Positions 1 to 13,844 of a DNA stretch of 64,000 nucleotides are shown piece after piece; the first letter of the stretch is position 1; each line of letters opens with the position of its first letter. The stretch comes from Tricharina praecox (Eukaryota): NCBI RefSeq assembly GCF_024521635.1, contig NW_026250423.1:620001-684000 (forward strand), read 5' to 3'. Below the pieces are notes generated by a model. That model was given only the letters and a program-made list of their open reading frames with translations. It searched no databases and had not been told where the DNA came from. The position numbers and the translations under genes were made by a program.

Positions 1-415
1 TCCCGCCCCTCCACCTGGGCCCAGCCCCAATAATAACGAACTCGCAACGACTTTCCCCCCCACCGCCCGTAGGGCCACCGGCCACAATTCCAATTCCAAT
101 TCACGCGCTTCTCTCTTACATACTCACTCGTGCATTACAACAACAACAAACACCTACTCCACCGCCGCCGCCGACCGCCGAAACAACAAACTACCCGCCC
201 AACTCCCTATATATACTAACCCATCACCACCTCCATCTCCAAGCGCCGCCTGCCCGCCACATCTAAATCGGGACCGTGTTCAATTTCCGCGCGCGAATTG
301 ACATCACCCTGCGCTTCCTACAAATTCCCACACACCCCCGACCGTCCCGGGATAGCGACGACGACGACTGTTACGACTGTTGCGACTCGACGAACGAAAA
401 AGAAAAAAACCCTAA

Positions 416-3400
416 ATGGCGGACCGCAGCTGGGTCGACGACCTCGACGAGGACTGGATATCGCAGCCACGCTCGTCCTCCCCGATCATGCCGCACCACT
501 CACCTTCTCAAGCAGGCACGGTCAACGTGCAGCGCCATCCGCAGCAGCAGCATTATACCCACACCAACAATGGCACGACGAACCGGCACATGCGGCGACG
601 GAGCAGTGATACCCTGGGCAGTGGTGTATCCAATTCCTACGGGACCACGCAGCTGCACAACAGCCGGCGGACCGCGGATACCCCCGAGTGGAAACGCCAT
701 CTGATGCGGAATTTTGATCCGAGTGCCGGCGGCAAGGATTTGTTCTCGCCGTTGGAGCTGGAGAGCCTTTTCCGGCCGCCGACGGCGCCGCGCTCGTCCT
801 CGCCTGGCCTGCCGTCGAAAACTCACCATTATCAGCCGCAGCAGGAACAACAGCTGCAACACCACCAGCAGCAGCAACAGCAGCAACAGCAGCAACAGCA
901 ACAGAGTTTCCCGGGCCTACCACCGCCGAAATCACCGCGGAGGAGTTATCTACAGGCACCGCATTCCTCCGGATTTCCATCTGGGCTGTCGACGCTCGCG
1001 GAGGAGACGGGAAGCGGCAGTGTAGCGGGTGCACTGGAGCCGATAAAGCAGAGTATTCCGCAACGTCAAGATGCGGGTGGAAAACCGGTACTGAGGCCGC
1101 TGAACCGCCATTCGCTAATGTCAAACGGACTCCGCCGAACGCAGTCTTCTCCCGCGGCGGAACGAGCGTCGGAAAGGTTCGAGAGGTTCTCGGAGGGCCT
1201 GAAGGGGAGGCGGAAAGTCACGGGGTTTTATTCGGATGTCAACGGCGGCGGCGTGGAGCATGGTGCGGCTGCGGGTACAGGTGTGGGCGCGGGTGCGGCT
1301 GCGGATAGGGCTTCCGTCGCCTCAAGTTCGCACTCGTCGAGGCAACCGAGTACACGTTCGGGACAGGGACAGGCTGGAACGCGATGGTGGAGGTCGAGAT
1401 CACGGCAGTCGCAGGAGTCGAGTGATGACCGAAGGGATGAGAGTATTTCCCCGGTTTCAGTGGGGGCCGCTGGGTTCAACAGCAACCCCGGTTTCCCGGT
1501 GCTACGGCGTGGAAACAGCAATCCCGAGCCGGATCGGTCGTCTCGTCGGAGCAGGAATGGGTACTATAGGGATCGGGAAGATACGGCGGAGGAGACGCAC
1601 AGTGATACTGCGAGTGTGGGGAGGTTCATGCATGCAGAAGCTTCGGTGTATCCGTCCAGTCCGCCCATACCCGGCCAGTACATGCTCAGGCGAGAGTATA
1701 GCAGGGGGCGCGGGGATAGGTTGATGGAAGAGGATGAAGAGGAGGACGAGCATCCGGACGACCAGCACTATATTGAGGACGGGCATCCGGACGACCAGCA
1801 TTACATTGAGGACAACCACTACATGGAGGAAGAGGAAGAGGAGGACGAGGACACTGGGTCTTCTCTTCCTGCGGCATTCATTGCTCCCCGGAGACCACCG
1901 CCGACACCACCGTTTCCGGACAGGCGTTCCGTGCTTCAAAGCAGCTCCAACAGTGCAGATCCCGATGGTAACGGCTTGCTCAGTAATATCCGTAACCATC
2001 GGGACGCTCCAAAGTCGAAGTCACCTGTGAAGTCTATGGTGGGAGTATTCAGCCATAGTAATAGCAATACGGCGGCTTCGAGCGGTGATGAGGTTGAATC
2101 ATATTTCACGTCGAAATCTTGCCGGTACACGCCCGAGTTTCGGACCAAGACTCCACTCGATTCCTCTGAAGGCCAAAGACGCCTCGATTCCTCCGAAGGC
2201 CAAAGACAGGGGAACGGAGGAAGTCCGTTGAAGCTGTTTAGTGGTGCCTACGACACCTACACGAACGAGAAGCTGCGCAAGCGACTAGGCGAGTTGGAAG
2301 AGAGCGAGGACAATCGTGAGGAGTTGCCCAGGGCCAACCGAAGAATCAGCTTCAATGGCTCGGACGGCGACTCGATGGATGGACGGAGCGATCGAGACTT
2401 TTCCGGTGGAAGCATGGTGGTGAACCGTCTCGAGAAGATGGCACGGCAGACCGAAAAACGGGAATCTCCTCCGCCCGGCACTAAGTATGTCAGGCGACAC
2501 AGCAAGACCGTTCGGTACGGAGCCGCCACAAAGGACGAGCAGCTCACGGCCACCACTACCACTACCACCTCGACAAAAATCGTGAACGGTCGCGACCGCA
2601 ACCGAACCCGCCATCACCGTCACCAGCGCCAGTTGTCTGCTCTTCCGGCGTCGTCCTCTGATCGGCCATCGCAATCGCCCACGAGCGGCCGTAAGCATCG
2701 CCGTTGGCGGTCAGACGAGTCGTCGGCCGCAAATGACGGCGTTGCAGGGCCAATAAGTCCAGTTAAAGAGCGCACGCCCAAAAGGCTGCGACGTGACTCT
2801 GTTATCGTCCCGCCACGACCAGGCTCCAGCGGTACTCCAAAGCATTACTTCCAGAGTCCTGCAGCTAGCCGACGTCGAATATATGCAGGAATCGAGGAGG
2901 GAAGCATCCTTGCCAGCTCGCGACGAAAGCAACGGAGCAGGGCGAATTCCAAAGAATCCCAGGTTTCAGCTAAAAGAGCAGTGCATCCTGTCGCGGTGCC
3001 TAGTGGAACGTCGCCATCGCCCACACCTAGGAAAAAGAAGCACCACATCCTGAAGAATACCAGAGAGCTTGGGATCGCGCCGTCAACAGCTGCACCGCTT
3101 AATGGTCAGAACGGCCATCCCCGGAAAATCATCTTCAGTGGGAGTAAGGGTGACGGCATGCAGGGGGAGAGTTTCGAAATGCCCACCCCTCCCAGAGATG
3201 CCCATCTCGGCGCACGAAGGGACAGCATCACGACAAAAGATTTCCTTGAGCAAGCAGAGGCCGTGATGGCCAGACTCCGTGGACTGGGGCTGAGTAACGA
3301 CAATAATGAGTCTGGGGAGTGCGATGGAGGCCCGCAATCGACGAGAAAAGGAATCAATGAATTAAATGCCGACACTGGAATTAGAGATAGGAGGATCAGC

Positions 3401-6219
3401 AACGGTGATGATAGCCGGGGGGGAGAGGGTGACCGTTCCACTGTTTCGACCAGCATGAGACTTCACGCCGTAGCAATCAAACTCAATAACAACCGATGTG
3501 GCGACCAGGGTGCATATCCCAGCATTCATGCAGCACCGCCAGTCGAACGCGAACGCGAGCGCGAGCGGCAAGACGGAGACTTTGGCTTTTCTCGATCGTC
3601 CAAATCATCGCGCACCTCGGTCAGAGTCATCTCGAACGTTCCGGAAGTTCTGGCGCACCGCCTCGCGACAAAGACCGCGATCGCGAACGACATGACGTTC
3701 GACAAAGTCGCGCACGCCTGGGTATCGAGGACGCCTATTAAGGAAGGCGAGGAGGATCCGCTGCGCGACATCTCGGACCTGACGGTGGACTCGAAGGAGG
3801 AGGAACGCGCGCTGAACCTGGCGAAGGCTCACCTGCGGCTGTTTGGGTGTACACCGGATGGCGAGAAGAGCGGGGTTTGGAGGAGCTCGAGGGCTATGGA
3901 CGATACGGAATTGCGCGAGATGAGGGCGGGAGGCGATAGCTGTGCTGTCGGTGGCACTTGGGATGAGTCGCATTGGGGCCGGTCCCAGCCGCTGAGCTCG
4001 AGCGTGGGAAGCAACAGCTCGCAGAGGAGCAATGAGAGCGGGTTCGGCGCGAACATCGTCAGGACGGAAACGAGAACTACGAGCTATGGGACCGATGAGA
4101 ATATTGAGGATGATAAGAAAAAAACCGAGACGACGCAACATGATCACGACAGTAACGATAAAGACGAAGGGGAAGAACCCAACGATAAAGATGGGACGGA
4201 TGCACAAAAGTCTTCCGCCAGGTTTGCGGACGACGCGTTTGCTTCCTCGCCTTTGAAACGCGAAATGAGGATGGATGATGTTAACGATGATGATGTGGAC
4301 GGATTTCTGGAGCACGGCTCCCTACGGCGATCTGGCCGCAATAACCCTTCGGTCGGCTCGTATCGGAATACTTCCCGGCGCAAGTCGCTGGGAAAGACCT
4401 TTATCGGACGGCCCATTTCCAGGATCACCGAGGAGGAGGAAGAAGTGGCGCTGAAGTTCCGTCGCCCGGTCATGGAGCGCCCCATGGAGCGCGAGTTTAG
4501 AAGGTCGTTCAGCAGTGCTCTGACTCCTATACGATCACCGTACGAAAGTCAGCTGGCAACGGCCCCGCCCTCAGTGAAGAACAAGGGAGACGTCTCTTAC
4601 TATATGTCGCCGCTTCCTGATCTTTCGTACCGGTTCGAGACTACCGAGGCTTTGGTTACGTTGGAGCTCTCATATATCACCTCCCGTCGGGGTCCCAAGG
4701 CCACGTCCAAGGCTGTCGAGGCATCGTTTTCCATCGCCCAGGCGAATCTCGTCAAACACCTGACGGACGTGGAGCCGTACGATCCGTACTGGGATTTCAT
4801 CAAGTGTCTCAAGCTCTCTGATCGGAAACTGGAGACGTTGCACACTCTGAACGAATGGTGTCCTCGGATATCCGAGTTGGATGTGAGCAACAATGATCTG
4901 GGACAGCTGAGCGGGGCTCCGGATAGTGTCCTCACCCTCAACGCGCAGCAAAATTGTCTCAGTAACGTGACATTCTTTGGCCACCTGCTCAATCTGCAGT
5001 ACCTCGACGTCTGCGGGAACGGGTTGGAGAATTTGGAGGCGCTGAGAGCTTGCATCCATCTTCGCGAGATCAAGGCGGACGATAATCAGTTGACGAGTAT
5101 TAGCGGGGTCTCCTCGATTGCGGGGTTGATGTCGTTGAGGTGCCGCCGTAATCGCTTGGAGCGCGTTGATCTCTCCAAGTCTGAGTTGTATGTATCCGTT
5201 CCAGTCGATAGGAGGCGATGGAAGTTAACGTTAGTAATAGGACTCGCTTGGCTGAGCTCGACCTCCGTGCGAACCGTATCGTCGAAATCAAGGGTCTAGA
5301 GGCACTTCCATCACTCATCCACCTAAACTTAGACCAGAATTGTCTCGCTACCCTCTCCCTCCCGTCCGGAATCAAGCTCAATACTATTCGTTCGATAAAG
5401 TTGACGCAAAACTCGTTTACTTCCTTCGACGTTGGACCATTTCCCAATGTTCGCATCCTGTACATGGACAACAACAAGCTCTCGCACGTGTCCGGTCTCA
5501 CCAGGGCGAAATCCATTGACGCGGTGTCATTCCGAGACCAGGCTACGATCTCGGGAACATTCGATCTGGATGTAGCGCGTATGTTCGAGTCACGGAAGCT
5601 CTACCTTTCATCCAATCCGGTCGCCGCACTCAATCTTAAGGCTAGCTTCCTCAACCTTCAGCTCCTGGAGATGGCCGGATGTCATCTGCGGGCTCTGCCA
5701 AAGAATATCGCGTCACTGATTCCGAACGTGCGCGTGCTCAACCTCAACTACAACGCGATACCAGATATCCGTCCGCTCGCTGGGCTCACGCGATTAGTAA
5801 AGCTCTCGTGCGCTGGGAACCGCATCTCGAACGTCAAGAAGCTTGGCCAGGCACTCGAGCGCTGTCGCGGGATCAAGTGGGTGGACTTCCGCAATAATCC
5901 GGTTACTGTCGGCTTCTATCCACCCATCACAACGGTCACAAAGCCGGCCGCCGAAGACTACGCTAAAGACCCGTTCGAGATCGTCGAGGCGGAGGAGGAG
6001 AAGGATGCTGCGCATGTGGCCAGACTGGACCTGGACACGAGGTGCGAACGGAAGCGGTACTGGCTCGTCGTTGCGGCGGCGTGTAGGAAGCTGCGCGGCT
6101 TCGATGGTCTGCTGTTTGTGAGGGAGGATGTCGAGGTCGAGGATGACGTCTGGAAGGAGTGCGTTAAGCGTGGCTGGCTGGTTGTTGGGGATGCCGTGGA
6201 GAAGGAGGTTCATGAGTAG
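416..6219 (+). CDS. cdc11: Septation initiation network / spindle pole body scaffold, Cdc11/Nud1-like, with C-terminal leucine-rich repeats. Exons 416-5187 and 5241-6219.
   Basis: N-terminus WVDDLDEDWISQPRS, a long low-complexity S/R/P region and many LRRs (LDVSNNDL, LNAQQNCL, LDLRANRI, LNLNYNAI). Intron 5188-5240 (GTATGT..gttaac..TAG) joins the 1627-aa and 333-aa ORFs in frame (SEL|TRLAELDL). Confidence 0.85.
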
Positions 6220-7240
6220 TAGTGTAGTAGTTTTTTTTCTTTGCGCATGTCGAGTATCGGGAGTTGAGTTCTCCCACTTGTTTTCTTGGAGTTGTGGTTT
6301 CCTTGAATCGCCAACATCACCTTCCTGTTTTTTTTTGGAGGGTTTTCTTTTCTTTTCTCCTTTCCTTCTTCTTCCTGCTTATAACCGGGTGTTTGGGTGC
6401 TTTTACTGCCAACTAACTGACTGACTGACGGAGTGTGTGTGTGTGTGTGCGTACTACTATTTCTTTGTCGTTGTTAACTTGTTATATGGGTACTGGATTG
6501 GATATCCCTGGAGTTGTTTCGGGTCTTCTTTGTTCTTTTTTTTTCTTTGCTGCCGTTTTTCTTTATTGCGTTGTACAACTACTGGTATCACTCCGCACGC
6601 CACCGACATGGGCGTTTTTTTTTACTCTATGTATCTGGGTATTGTTTTTGTTTTTGTTTCTTTAGTGTATGGTAGTTCACTTTACTTGGGAATTGGGGGA
6701 CTGGAGCTGCGAGCGGAATAGTTAAAAGCGAGTCTTGGGTACTTACATTCATATCGGGTTGTGGATCGTGTTCGCTGAGCAGTGAGCGCTCGGATCTGCG
6801 GCTAGTGGTCGGGTCGGGACTCGGTAGACCGTTTTCTGGGCTGCATACTGCGAAGTATGTAGGCCTACGGAGAAGGTCAGGTGGCCATTCTCGAATACGG
6901 GGCGGAATTCGTGGATCGTGATTGCATTCACTGCACTTTGTTCTGTGTTCTGCGGAATGACTGTTCGTGCAACTTTTCTCTCTCTTCACGATTCACGAAA
7001 TTCAATGGCATGTAACCGTTAACGTAATGCACCGGGATTGTGTTCCTACCTTGTATGTGATCGCGCGAGAACTGGCCTATGGCCCTACGCCGTCATGGGG
7101 CCGACGGACCGGCGTGGATGATTCACCCACGAGCAGCCTACGAGCTCCCCCTGTAGGTACCTAGCACTAGGATGGATACTCTATCGCATAACACCCGCCC
7201 GCCTCGCCTCCCTTCTCTCTCCTCTCCATCACACCTCACC

Positions 7241-8762
7241 ATGGCATCCGACACGATCCCCACCGTCCGCGAGACCTCGCCGCTGCTGCTCAGAAGCGAC
7301 ACCAGCACCAGCGTGCCGCGCCGCTCGATCCTATCATGGCGGCCCCCGAAATCCTGGAGCACAGCTTTATCGCTGCTCTCAGCGCTGAACAACTGCCTCT
7401 GGGCGGGCAGCGTGCTGATCTTCTCGCTGTACGCGCCCTTATTCAACGAGCGCCTGCACTACCGACAGATGCAGATCAACGCGGTCTCGGTAGCGACCGA
7501 GCTGGGAATGTACCTTCCGGTGCCCATCTTCGGCTTCATCTGCGACCGCTACGGGCCCAGCCGCCTCTCGCTGCTGTCGACCGCGTTCTTTGGCCCCGGA
7601 TATGCCCTTGCCGCTCTTGCCTACCAGCGTCAGTGGGACTATAGGCTCATGGTCGTCGCCTTCGGCCTCGTGGGAATGGGCACGAGCTCCATGTACTTCT
7701 CCGGCGTCACCACGTGCGCGAAGAATTTTACGGGGAGGAGGGGGCTCGCTCTCGCTGTGCCCATTGCCGCGTTTGGACTTAGCTCGCTGTGGCAGGCCCA
7801 GGTCGTCTCGAGGGTCTTTGTGGATGCGGCGGGCGTGCTGCTGGTCGAACGTGTGTTTCTGTTTTTTGCTGTGAGCTTGGTGCTCGTGGGACTCGTGGGC
7901 AGCGTGGGGCTTAGGGTTGCTACGGATGATGAGGACGAGGGGGAGGAAGAGGATGATGGCGACGAGAAGGACTGGGTCAATGCCGATACACGCGCCTTCC
8001 TCAAGGACAAGAATATGTGGTGGTTCGCCACCGGCGTGTTCTTGGTTACTGGGCCTGGCGAGGCGTTCATCAACAACGTGAGTCACCTCTCCTCTACACG
8101 AGTATCAACTCGGACCTGTCAGCTAACAGACATTCTGGCAGATGGGCACACTGATCCAAACCTTGCGCCCGACGCCGACCACCTCCATCTCGACCGTCGA
8201 CCCGGCGCTGCAAGTATCCTTCATCGCGCTGACCTCGACCCTAGCCCGCCTCGTCGCCGGCTCCGTAAGCGACTACCTCGCGCCGCCCACGCCGACCCTG
8301 CACCTCGCGCCCGCTCCCAAATCCCACCGGCGCCGCCCCACCTGCAGCCGCATGAGCATCCTGTTCCTCTTCGCGCTGCTAATGTTCCTCGGGCTCTCCC
8401 TGGTCGCCTCAGGCACGATCCACCGCACGCCGTCTTTATTCTGGCTAGTATCCACATCCATCGGCGCCGGCTACGGCGCCGTGTTCTGTCTTGCGCCCAC
8501 GGTGGTCTCGGTCGTCTGGGGCACTAAGAACTTTGGCACTAACTGGGGGATTGTGACGATGACGCCCGCCCTAGGCGCCGTCGTCTATGGCTGCCTCTTT
8601 GCGGTTGAGTTCGATAATGGCGTGGCGGAGGGAATGCCCTCGTGTGTCGGCTTTCATTGCGCCAGGTGGTCGTTCACTGCTATGGCCGGGAGTGTCATCG
8701 CCGCTGTTGGGGGGTGGGCGTGGGTCTGGGGGAAGTGGAGGAGGGCCGGGGTCCTGGTGTAG
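7241..8762 (+). CDS. MCH1: MFS transporter, Mch1-like. Exons 7241-8077 and 8142-8762.
   Basis: Multiple hydrophobic helices. Motifs FSLYAP, GFICDRYGP, GPGEAFINN|MG and WGTKNFGTNWG are typical of Mch1-like MFS proteins. In-phase intron 8078-8141 (GTGAGT..gctaac..CAG). Confidence 0.85.
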
Positions 8763-9797
8763 AGTGGGGGTGATGATTGGCGTTTTTTTGGTTCAGTTTG
8801 GGGCGGGACGTGGGTGTTTTTCTTTCGAGATGTGTTGCTGTTGCTGCTTCCTGTTGGACTGGGGATTGTTCTGTTTGATAAGGGGCGTGCACGGGTGTTC
8901 GTTTTTCTATGTGTTGCTGCTTTGCTCCCTGTTGGTCGGATTGGGGATTGTTCTGTTTGCATGTGTTTGAGTTTGTTGCATCTTTACAGGGTTTTTGTAA
9001 TTGTTTTGTAATTGTTTTGCGACTGTCTAGTGCATCTATACACGCATGGTGGGAGGTGGCTGTATTGTGGAGGGTGTAGGTGTAGGTGTGGGATGCTCTG
9101 TACGATACAGATAGAGTACTGGTAGAGTAGACGTATCACTGTATTGTAGATGAGATGTAGAGTCCCCACTCGTTAGAGGGGCATCATTAAGCATATTCAC
9201 TTCACTTCACGTGGTCCTCGGACGGCGTACGGCCTGGGAGCTACTACCGTGATATGTATTCTTGCAACGAGGTTCTTCAGGATCACATCACTCGTAGGTA
9301 CCTATTCACAAACGCAACGCCGGACGACTCTGGAGTCTGTACACAATCGGCTCTGCCACCACTATTCTATATATCTATCCGTGGGCTTACTTTACTGTCT
9401 CTCTCCCTCCCTCCCTCTCCTTCTCTCTCTCTCTCTCCAACCCACACCACACCCGTGCTTTTACCATATCCAGATGGCATAAAAATGCAACAGCAGTCGA
9501 AGCCAATGGAAAAAAACAACCCCATGTACAGTGAAGAGAAGAACAACGAACAAAACAAGATAAAACAACACAAAAAAACTCCGGAAAATTCATACGCTCC
9601 ACCCCCCAAGAAAACAACAAAAGAGAAGAAAAAAGATTATCTGCTAGAAGAAGACAGAAGAAGAAGAAAAAAGAATGGGGATTGGAATTAATGACTTGTT
9701 ATTTTAAAAAAAGAAAAAAGGAGAAAAAAGAAAAAAGAAAAAAAGAAAAAAGAAAAAAGAGGAAGGCAAAAAAAAAAGAAAAAAGGAGCGGAGGGCT

Positions 9798-12423
9798 CTA
9801 AGGGTGAATCCCTCCCGCCTCCTGCCCCAGCCCGACACCCACGAGCAGCAGCTGCTGGTCGACGTCGCCAACAGCCAAAGGATCCACAAGGGTATCCTCC
9901 AACTGCTGGGACTCGCCACGCTGTGCCATCGGCGCGACCGGAGCCATCGACGCCTGCGGGGCGAACTGGTGCTGGTGCTGGTGCTGGTGCGGGGACGGAG
10001 ACTCGGAACCAGCAGCTCTCGCCAGGTCCTCTTGCGAGGCCTGCTCGATAATAACTCCCCCCCCAAAGTTGTTATCGGCCACACCGTTGGTGTGGGCGAG
10101 AGTGTGGCCGAGCAGCATGGCCCCCTCACCACCATGCATGCTCGTCTCCTCGTCTCCATCCTCCCCCCCCTGCTCGCTCCCCTCCCCCTGCTCGCTACTA
10201 CCCCCCTCGTGTTCGTCAGACGACATGTGGTGGTATCCCGACATGTCGTCCCCCCGGTGGGCGTTACCAAGAACGGTAACCGCGGCGACGTGAGCAGCGT
10301 CTTCCTCTGCGCTCGCTTCAACTGCCTTCTTGGCCGCGTTCTTGGCTGCCTGACCAGGGGCGCGGGTCTTCAACTCCCCCGTGACGAACTGCAGGTAGTA
10401 CGGAACCTCAATGCCGGACTTAAGAAAGAACAGCTTGAGGTTCCGCGCCTTGTCCTTCAACTGGACCTGGTTACGGTCCTTGAGGGCCTCTGAGACGGTC
10501 CCACCCGGTCCGAACATCGCGAGGATTTGAGACCAGTGCGGCCCCTTGACGCGGTCAAGACCGGCCATAAGGGCGTTCTCTTCCTCGGTAGTCCACGGAC
10601 GCCGTTGAGATGGCAGTCCTGAGCGGCGAGCATTGGGAGACGCCTTGGAGGTGGCGGCGAGACGGGCGCGTTCGTATAGAACTTGCGTCGGCTGGGACTG
10701 TTGGGGCACGGGGGGCTGCGCAATCGGCGGCGCTCCCATATTGTACGAAGTGTTGGGTCCGAATAGTTCGTTCTCCAACACTTCGCCACCAGTCTGTCCC
10801 AGGCCGTGGGGAGGGGTGTGCGGGGAGCCATTGTGGGCGGTGGTGTGGGCTTGGAGGACAGCAGCCACTGCTCCATCCTCGGCACTCTGCGGGGTCGGGC
10901 TCTGCTGGTGGTCCTGTGACATCGGCGGCATGGCCTGCGCGTGTTGATGATGGATGGGTGTCCCCATCACATCAGGACGAGGTCCTCCATGGGACATCCT
11001 CTTCCGAGTTTTCTTAGCCTGAGTCCCAATCAATATCAATCATTACATAGCGAGCTTAAGGGCACTTACCGTCAGGGCGACAATCGTCTCGTGATTCTTG
11101 CTCACGTATCCACTAACGTCCTTCAAAAACTCTTGCCAGGCGTACTTGTCGGTCAAGTTCACATCGTCCGGGATCTGCATCAAATGGGTGCGCCTGCAGG
11201 CCAGACGACTGACGAAGTCTTGTTCGCTCGGTGTCAACTGCTTGCCGCCTCCTCTGCGGGACAACAAAATCTCCCCCATATTGGCGGGAAATAGATCTTC
11301 GAGGATCTCCTCCTTGCTCCTCTCATTGGTGGACATTGCCGAGATGTATGCCTGGGTCTTCAGGTCGAGATATAGCGAGCCTTGGGATTTGAGAAGCCTT
11401 CCTCCGTCCGGTACGAAAGTATCTAGAAAGTGTTCGTTCAGGTGGAAGAATCCAACCTCCTGTGATCCAAAGACCGAAGAAACAAAGGTAGCCAGGTTGA
11501 CCTTTCGAATGGTCGAGCGCTGATCTGGAGTCTCAAGCTTGAGCTCGTCGGCTGACAGGAAAGCTTCTGGTGTGTACAGTTTCTTCGTCTGATCGAACAG
11601 CGACTTCATCGTGTTATAAGCTTGGCCTTGATCCGAGTCCGGCTGCGTAACGATATTCAAAGTTTCGGTGTACGGGCCCTTTCCGAGTGTCTGTAGTATC
11701 TGACTCGACTGATCACGTTTTCAATTAGCTCCATTGACACCACACAAGAATCGTAGGGGACCTACGAGATTATCCAAAATCGGCAAACTGTGTATCTTCA
11801 GTGTTTGGTTCGCGTCCCAAATTTGGTATGCGTTCTGCTCTGCATTGAAATAAGATTGGTTATTGAGCTCGGAGGCCAGCGCATTAAGCTGGTCTTCATC
11901 CGGCTCCTCGTCCTCGAATTCCTGATCCTGGTCGCCATCGTCCTGAAGGGCGTCTTCTTCGTTCTGAAACGGGTTGTGTTCCATGTGTGCGCGGATCTGA
12001 TTCTGTACTTCCACCTCGAGGAGTGACATATCGGGGTCGAGATGGTGACCATTCTCGTCGTTGAAGCGGAGACGCTTATCACTGTGGGCATCTTCGTCGC
12101 TCGTTTCCGCCGGTCGCTTTCCCCACTGATTCGGGATGGGAGAGGCAGTGCCGTTCGTGTCGGAGTTGTAGTTCCTGTTGAACGCTACAATCGATGATAG
12201 GTTCGCGTCGACAGCCGAGACAACCGTCACGTCGGGATTGACTTCGTTCGCTGCTACTGCTGCTGCTGCTGCGCGGTGTCAACTGAGAACTCGAGAACTC
12301 GGTAACGGAGAGAGAGAACGGAAGGTGAGGGTAGGATCGCTTACTGTTCGGAGACGAGTCTGTAATTTCTTGGTGGTTGGTGAGCGCCACGATGCCGTCG
12401 TGCGATGACGATGTCGAGTCCAT
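9798..12423 (-). CDS. TBF1: Tbf1-like telomere repeat-binding factor with C-terminal Myb/telobox domain. Exons 12423-12345, 12268-11766, 11708-11070, 11018-9798.
   Basis: Telobox [28 protein letters not shown]...[20 protein letters not shown] and TRF-like region [15 protein letters not shown]...[12 protein letters not shown]. Three canonical introns keep the frame. Confidence 0.92.
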
Positions 12424-12583
12424 TTCCGTGAGGGTTGGAGGGGCGGGGAGGGACTGTGGGTTGAGGGCACAGGTTAAGGGCAAAAGTCTTTGATGCCAAG
12501 ACATATCGTCCATTAGCGTCGGCAACTTAATCTCTCCCGATCCAATCGTTGATCACTCGACCAATGTAATCAAATGTAACCAG

Positions 12584-12845
12584 CAGGTGAAGAAGCTCGG
12601 TGGGAGGGAATTGGTTGCGCGTAGGTGAGCAAGGCTGGAGGGGAGGATGTCAGTCGACGTGGAGGGGAGAAGAGGCGTGGAGAGAAGATGGTGTGGAGGA
12701 AAGAAGGTGTGGAGGTGAAGAAGCTTTATATAGGGAAATTGGTTGTGTGTAGGTGAGCAGAAGTGGAGGGCGGAATGTGAGTAGAAGTGGAAGGGAGAAG
12801 AGGTGTGGAGGGGAGAAGGTGAGGAGAGAGGAAAGGTAAGTGGTG
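12584..12845. repeat. Two degenerate direct repeats of about 128 bp, purine-rich, upstream of TBF1
   Basis: aggtgaagaagct...ggga(a)attggttg..gtaggtgagca...ggagaagagg.gtggag occurs near 12585 and near 12713. Confidence 0.7.
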
Positions 12846-12924
12846 AGAAGGAAGGCACGACACAGTGAAGCTAGCTGTTATGAACAGCCTAGTGCAAGCG
12901 TGATAGGGTGTGAAGGATTGCGTT

Positions 12925-13180
12925 GGGGGTGTGGTTGGGAGACGAGAGAAAGGGTGTCGAACTTACAGAGGTAGTTGAGCAGACGAGGGAAAGGGTGGAG
13001 ATTTCGCAGAGGTTGTTGAAGCGGTTGGGAAAGGGTGGAGATTTCTCAGGTGTGGTTAGGAGAGGAGATTTCTGAAAGGCTGTCGATTTCTCAGAGGTGT
13101 GGCTGGGAGAGGAGAGAAAGGCTGTCGATCTTGCAGATGTGTGGGAGGGAGAAGAGAGAAAGGCTGAATTTATACATGGG
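12925..13180. repeat. Degenerate minisatellite, unit about 42 bp, about 6 copies
   Basis: Recurring gtgtgg...gagagaaagg(g/c)tgtcgat(t/c)t..cag. The minus-strand translation shows STAFLSSPSHT-like repeats. Confidence 0.7.
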
Positions 13181-13844
13181 GCGGTTGAAAAAACGGTGAG
13201 GCTCTTGTGCGAAACCAGTCTCAAACCTGCGAGCGTGAGAACAGAAGAGGTATGCACACACCATCACTAGGCCTCACTCAGGCATCAGACACAAATGCGG
13301 TTGGGTGTGGCTGCTTTTCAGCCTTGCGGTATACTAGTTTGCACGTCGACGGATCTCAACCGACGGATCTCAACCAAGACTCGGTGTGTAAGGTAAAAAT
13401 TTCGGCGCCCTGCCGTGGGACACGGTATCTGAACAGATAGCAAGCAACAGCAAGCGCTTTCCTGATCCATAAAATACAAACGTAGGAGGCTGCAACTCAT
13501 GCCGAACCGGGGGCGATGCATCCAAACGAGTGCTACACCATGAGGAGACAAAGGTTTCCACAGGTCCCGGTATGTAGGCTATCGTCCCCGCATATTTTGA
13601 TCATTGCATCTCTTCCCAGCGATCAAAAAGTACTTGAGTACTCCTACAGATCCGCTCTTTGCCGGCATTCCGAATAAGGACGACCTCCCGATCCTCGCTC
13701 GATCCCGACCGGGGCGGAGATCCGCAAGCAGAAAGAAAGCAAGAACACACCCAGAGTAGACTACCTAGCAGTTAGCCGAGCTGCACGATCCCGTCGATTC
13801 TGTGGGCCGAACCGAAAGAGCAAGTTGCATTACGGCGGGTCCCA

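Noticed and set aside
500..5516. Many antisense and alternate-frame ORFs over the cdc11-like gene (and over other genes)
   Set aside because: Shadow ORFs of GC-rich coding sequence with no recognisable domains.
12925..13180. Repeat array considered as CRISPR-like
   Set aside because: Eukaryotic context, degenerate units without unique spacers, and no cas genes.
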